Assembly: GCA_964538915.1 (NCBI GenBank)
Contig: CAZIFB010000018.1
Span: forward strand, 3,450 to 67,449
Direction of reading: 5' to 3'
Source of the DNA: an uncultured candidatus Brocadiaceae bacterium
Lineage (GTDB): Bacteria; Planctomycetota; UBA1135; UBA2386
DNA length: 64,000 nt
Positions 61,265 through 64,000 of this stretch are shown one piece after another (within the stretch, counting starts at the first letter, position 1; each line of letters starts with the position of its first letter). A program made the translations under genes and the position numbers. The notes beneath the pieces were generated by a model. It was not told the origin of the DNA, did no database searches, and worked only from the letters and a program-made list of their open reading frames with translations.

Positions 61265-62913
61265 CCGGTGTGCCGAAGAGAGAACCCGACGATCGGCTCG
61301 CGGACTGGGTCGACGGGCGCATGACGGCCCGCGAGCGCGAGCGCTTCGCCGCGGAGTTGCGGGTGAGTGCGCACTTGCGCAACGACCTGGCCGAGTACGA
61401 GAAGACCGTCGCTGCCGTGCGCGCGGCGCTGCAGGCGCCGACCCACCCGACCAATCTCGCCGAGCGCGTGATGGCGCGTATCGCCGCCGACGCCGCGGCC
61501 CCGAAGCAGACGCGGATCGAGCCGCGCGCCGCTCGATGGTGGAATCACCCGGCGACCTGGAGTCTCGCAAGTGCGGCGGCCGTGTTGCTGGTCGCGCTTC
61601 TCGTGAACTCATGGTCGGACGGACGCGCCGCGGTGCCGACCGCGATGGTAGCGGAGGAAACCAAGGACGATGCGGCCGCCGATCGGGGCCGCGGCGTACC
61701 TCTCGACGAGATGCTCGGGGTGGAGCGAAAGGTCGAGGCGAAGGACCCGCAACGCGACTCGGTGACGACCGCGACGGCGGCCGTGCCGCCGCGCGAGGGT
61801 GCCCCCGGCACCTTGCTCGGCGCGCAGAAGCCGCCTGCGACCGCGCCGGGCGATCACCCCGAGACGAAGGCCGATGGCGAAACTGGGACGTGGGAGAAGG
61901 AAGCCGCCGCGGGGGCGCCGTCGCGCACCGAGGGACCGAGCACCATGGGGCCGACTGGGCCGACCGCGCCGCCGAAGGGGGGTGTGTACGCTCCCGATGC
62001 CTCGCCACCGGCCGTGGGGGTGCAACCTCGCCCCGAGGGTGACAGGGGAGTCTTTGGTGAGAACAACGAGCGCTCCGACCTGTTGGAGGTCGCCGACGGC
62101 AAGGACCAGGACCAGGCCGAGGCCTTGCAAGGCACCCTGCAGAAGCAAGCGAACGCCCGCGAGGGAAAGAACCACGAGAAGGCCGGTGCCGAGAAGCGCG
62201 GGGTCGAGAATCCGGGCGCGCGGGGTTCCACCGGCAAGAGTGTGCCGGACCCGTCGCGGGAAGTGCTCGCGCTGGTCGTTCTCCAAGGAGATGCGCTCGA
62301 CGTTGCACCCGTGGTCCGCCGCGCCGGGGTCGACAAGGATGCCGACAAGGACGCCGACAAGGGCGGTGGAGGGGCGAAGACGAAGTCGGGCGACACATCC
62401 TCCGGCCGCAACAGCGACGGGTCGGCCGCCTCGCGCGGTGAGGGGGCTGCAGCCGCCGCAGCCGCTGCGCTCGATGCGTTCTTCGCCGAGCAGATGCGGT
62501 CTGTCGCGCCCTCGGCCGATGCTCCGAGGATCGTGATCGGTAGCGTGACCGTGCGGCCGATCGGTGCCGAAGCGGCGCGGGTCGTGAGCGCGACGCCCGC
62601 GCCGGCAGCGCCCAGTCCCACGGCGGATGCGTTGAAGGCCGACTCGGCGCGAACTCCGATCGAGCGTACCTTCGTCGTCGAGGGGACGAAGGAGGAGGTC
62701 GCGTTCCTGCTTCGCCGACTGGCCTCTTTCGCCCGCGCGGGCAACCTCCACCTCACCAACGGTGAAACGAGCGTGCCGAGGTCGCCATTGGCGATGGGAG
62801 AGACCGGTGTGCCGGTGCCCGATCCGTCGGCGACCGGGAGCTTCGGCGCAGGCTTCGTGCAGGTCACGCCGACGACGCGCGTCGTGTTGCGATTCCGCGT
62901 ACTGCGCCGCTGA
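61261..62913 (+). CDS. Anti-sigma factor (N-terminal anti-sigma domain, one TM, long low-complexity region, C-terminal globular part)
   Basis: From residue 58 of ORF 61090..62913 (MTGVPKREPDD). LADWVDGRMTARERERFAAEL is anti-sigma-like, with a TM segment WSLASAAAVLLVALLV. ATGA overlap with the sigma gene. Confidence 0.7.
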   Translation: MTGVPKREPDDRLADWVDGRMTARERERFAAELRVSAHLRNDLAEYEKTVAAVRAALQAPTHPTNLAERVMARIAADAAAPKQTRIEPRAARWWNHPATWSLASAAAVLLVALLVNSWSDGRAAVPTAMVAEETKDDAAADRGRGVPLDEMLGVERKVEAKDPQRDSVTTATAAVPPREGAPGTLLGAQKPPATAPGDHPETKADGETGTWEKEAAAGAPSRTEGPSTMGPTGPTAPPKGGVYAPDASPPAVGVQPRPEGDRGVFGENNERSDLLEVADGKDQDQAEALQGTLQKQANAREGKNHEKAGAEKRGVENPGARGSTGKSVPDPSREVLALVVLQGDALDVAPVVRRAGVDKDADKDADKGGGGAKTKSGDTSSGRNSDGSAASRGEGAAAAAAAALDAFFAEQMRSVAPSADAPRIVIGSVTVRPIGAEAARVVSATPAPAAPSPTADALKADSARTPIERTFVVEGTKEEVAFLLRRLASFARAGNLHLTNGETSVPRSPLAMGETGVPVPDPSATGSFGAGFVQVTPTTRVVLRFRVLRR

Positions 62914-63015
62914 GGGTGAGCCTGAGAGCGCCGCCGTGCGGGCCCACGGTTGCTCCTGTGTGGCCGTTTCGGCGTCACGCTTGGCGTTCGAAGCAGACGG
63001 TTCCTCGTGCATGGG

Positions 63016-64000
63016 TCAGGGTGCTTCGAACGGCAGCGAACGTTCGAACCGGTCACCCGGAGCCATCGTTGTCACGAACTGCACGCCGTCACCCTGGAGG
63101 ATCACGCGCAGGCCGCCCGTTGTGGCGGACACCAGATCGAGCCGAACGCGGAGGCGCAGCCCATTCGGAAGCGGTGCTCCTGGGTCGTCGGGTTCGTCGT
63201 CGCGTCGGGGACCATCGCGGATCGACAGGTCCAAGTCGAACAGGGCGCCCTCTGCCACGACGCGGGCGAACCGCGCGTGTTCGTGGCCCGGCGGCAGCCA
63301 CGGCCGCAGACGCAGCCAACCCTCGTCCACTGCGACACCCGTGGCCAGACGGACGCCGGTGAGCGCGAACAACGCTGCGTCGAGGCACCTCGCCGCTGCC
63401 TCGCCGGAAGGCACGCCGCGCGACAGCGCTTCGGCCATCGTTTGCCACGCCGCGTTGCGCATGGGCCGGTCCGCGAGTTGTGCGGCGGCGGCGAGGGCAG
63501 CGGCGAGCGCTGTTGCGTCGGCGAACGCCGCCCGCTCGTGCGTCGATCCGTGCAATGCCCGGCGAGAACACGACCGCAGGTTCCGCTCCATGCGATCGTC
63601 CGAGGCGAGCAGCATGCCCGCGGCCGCGGGGATCAGTGCAGCGGGGTCGGCCGGCGAGGGAAGCAGGATCTCGTCGCCCGTGCACCGCGGGCGGAAGTGG
63701 CCGCGTCCCGGTTGCCACGTGAGTCTCTCGATGTTGCGCCAGCGTGCGATGCCTGGTTCGATCCACTCGCGCGCGGCTGAGCCGGCATTGCCGCGTACGC
63801 CGGCGATGCCCCCGCGGCACAGCAGCGCGTGGGCGAGTAGCGCCTCGAGCGCGAACGTTCCTCTCACGTCGACGGGCGGCAGGTGACGGAGCGGTTCGTC
63901 GACGTCGGCGACAAGGTCTGCGACAAACCCATCGTCACGGCTCGCCCGCAGGTACCAGTAGAGAGCCGGAGTCAGCCAGCCGAGGTCCGTCGTCGTCCAT
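63016..64000 (-). CDS. Hypothetical protein, C-terminal part (start outside window); possibly (alpha/alpha)-barrel glycoside-hydrolase-like
   Basis: ORF 63016..63867 continues in frame upstream to the window edge (WTTTDLGWLTPALYWYLRASRDDGFVADLVADVDEPLRHLPPVDV-RGTFALEALL...). The fold guess is weak. Confidence 0.5.
   Translation of the reverse strand, partial: WTTTDLGWLTPALYWYLRASRDDGFVADLVADVDEPLRHLPPVDVRGTFALEALLAHALLCRGGIAGVRGNAGSAAREWIEPGIARWRNIERLTWQPGRGHFRPRCTGDEILLPSPADPAALIPAAAGMLLASDDRMERNLRSCSRRALHGSTHERAAFADATALAAALAAAAQLADRPMRNAAWQTMAEALSRGVPSGEAAARCLDAALFALTGVRLATGVAVDEGWLRLRPWLPPGHEHARFARVVAEGALFDLDLSIRDGPRRDDEPDDPGAPLPNGLRLRVRLDLVSATTGGLRVILQGDGVQFVTTMAPGDRFERSLPFEAP

Noticed and set aside
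1-64000. Search for tRNA/rRNA genes, transposases, integrases, phage genes, toxin-antitoxin pairs or known defence systems
   Set aside because: I recognised none by eye in any frame or intergenic region. Small structured RNAs cannot be excluded without Infernal or tRNAscan.

Overview
Very GC-rich bacterial chromosomal segment, judged by eye rather than computed. I recognise about 55 protein-coding genes on both strands. I found no rRNA, tRNA, CRISPR array, transposase, integrase or prophage genes. The six-frame track is full of long Arg/Ala/Pro/Gly-rich antisense or out-of-frame ORFs, as expected at this GC content. I accepted only frames with recognisable motifs or ordinary protein-like composition, and I trimmed several real genes to internal starts. 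Recognisable housekeeping content: hldE, nth, a Kef/YbaL-type K+/H+ antiporter, an orphan flagellin, a YtrA-type GntR/ABC operon, a PQQ-type sugar dehydrogenase, apaG, hutH and hutU (not adjacent), family-4 uracil-DNA glycosylase, an aminotransferase, queE, pnp, feoAB, two ECF sigma/anti-sigma pairs, and a PilZ/response-regulator/methyltransferase group. The most unusual region is about 24.8-41.0 kb. On the minus strand, two paralogous lipoprotein secretins bracket an ExbB-ExbD-ExbD proton-motive-force (PMF) stator set and two large signal-peptide-bearing helical (TPR-like) proteins. No T2SS, type IV pilus, T3SS, TonB or TonB-dependent-receptor gene is present anywhere in the window. Converging on this block from the plus strand is a three-gene module: a ParA/BY-kinase-like ATPase, a coiled-coil protein, and an actin-like protein that looks like MamK. 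No other magnetosome gene is present. I cannot assign this combination to a described system, and I rank it the top candidate for something new. Other notable points: (1) a ~135-140-aa two-Cys C-terminal domain occurs in three proteins, and one copy lies in frame directly behind the TAG stop of an HExxH protein; (2) a 90-bp direct repeat pair sits next to a perfect 16-bp hairpin after apaG; (3) both ECF sigma genes have ECF-type promoter motifs with identical geometry; (4) a 19-bp palindrome lies in front of feoAB. All family assignments come from motif recognition by eye and memory, with no database search. The taxon guess (Planctomycetota-like or a related high-GC Gram-negative lineage) is weak inference from the gene families present.
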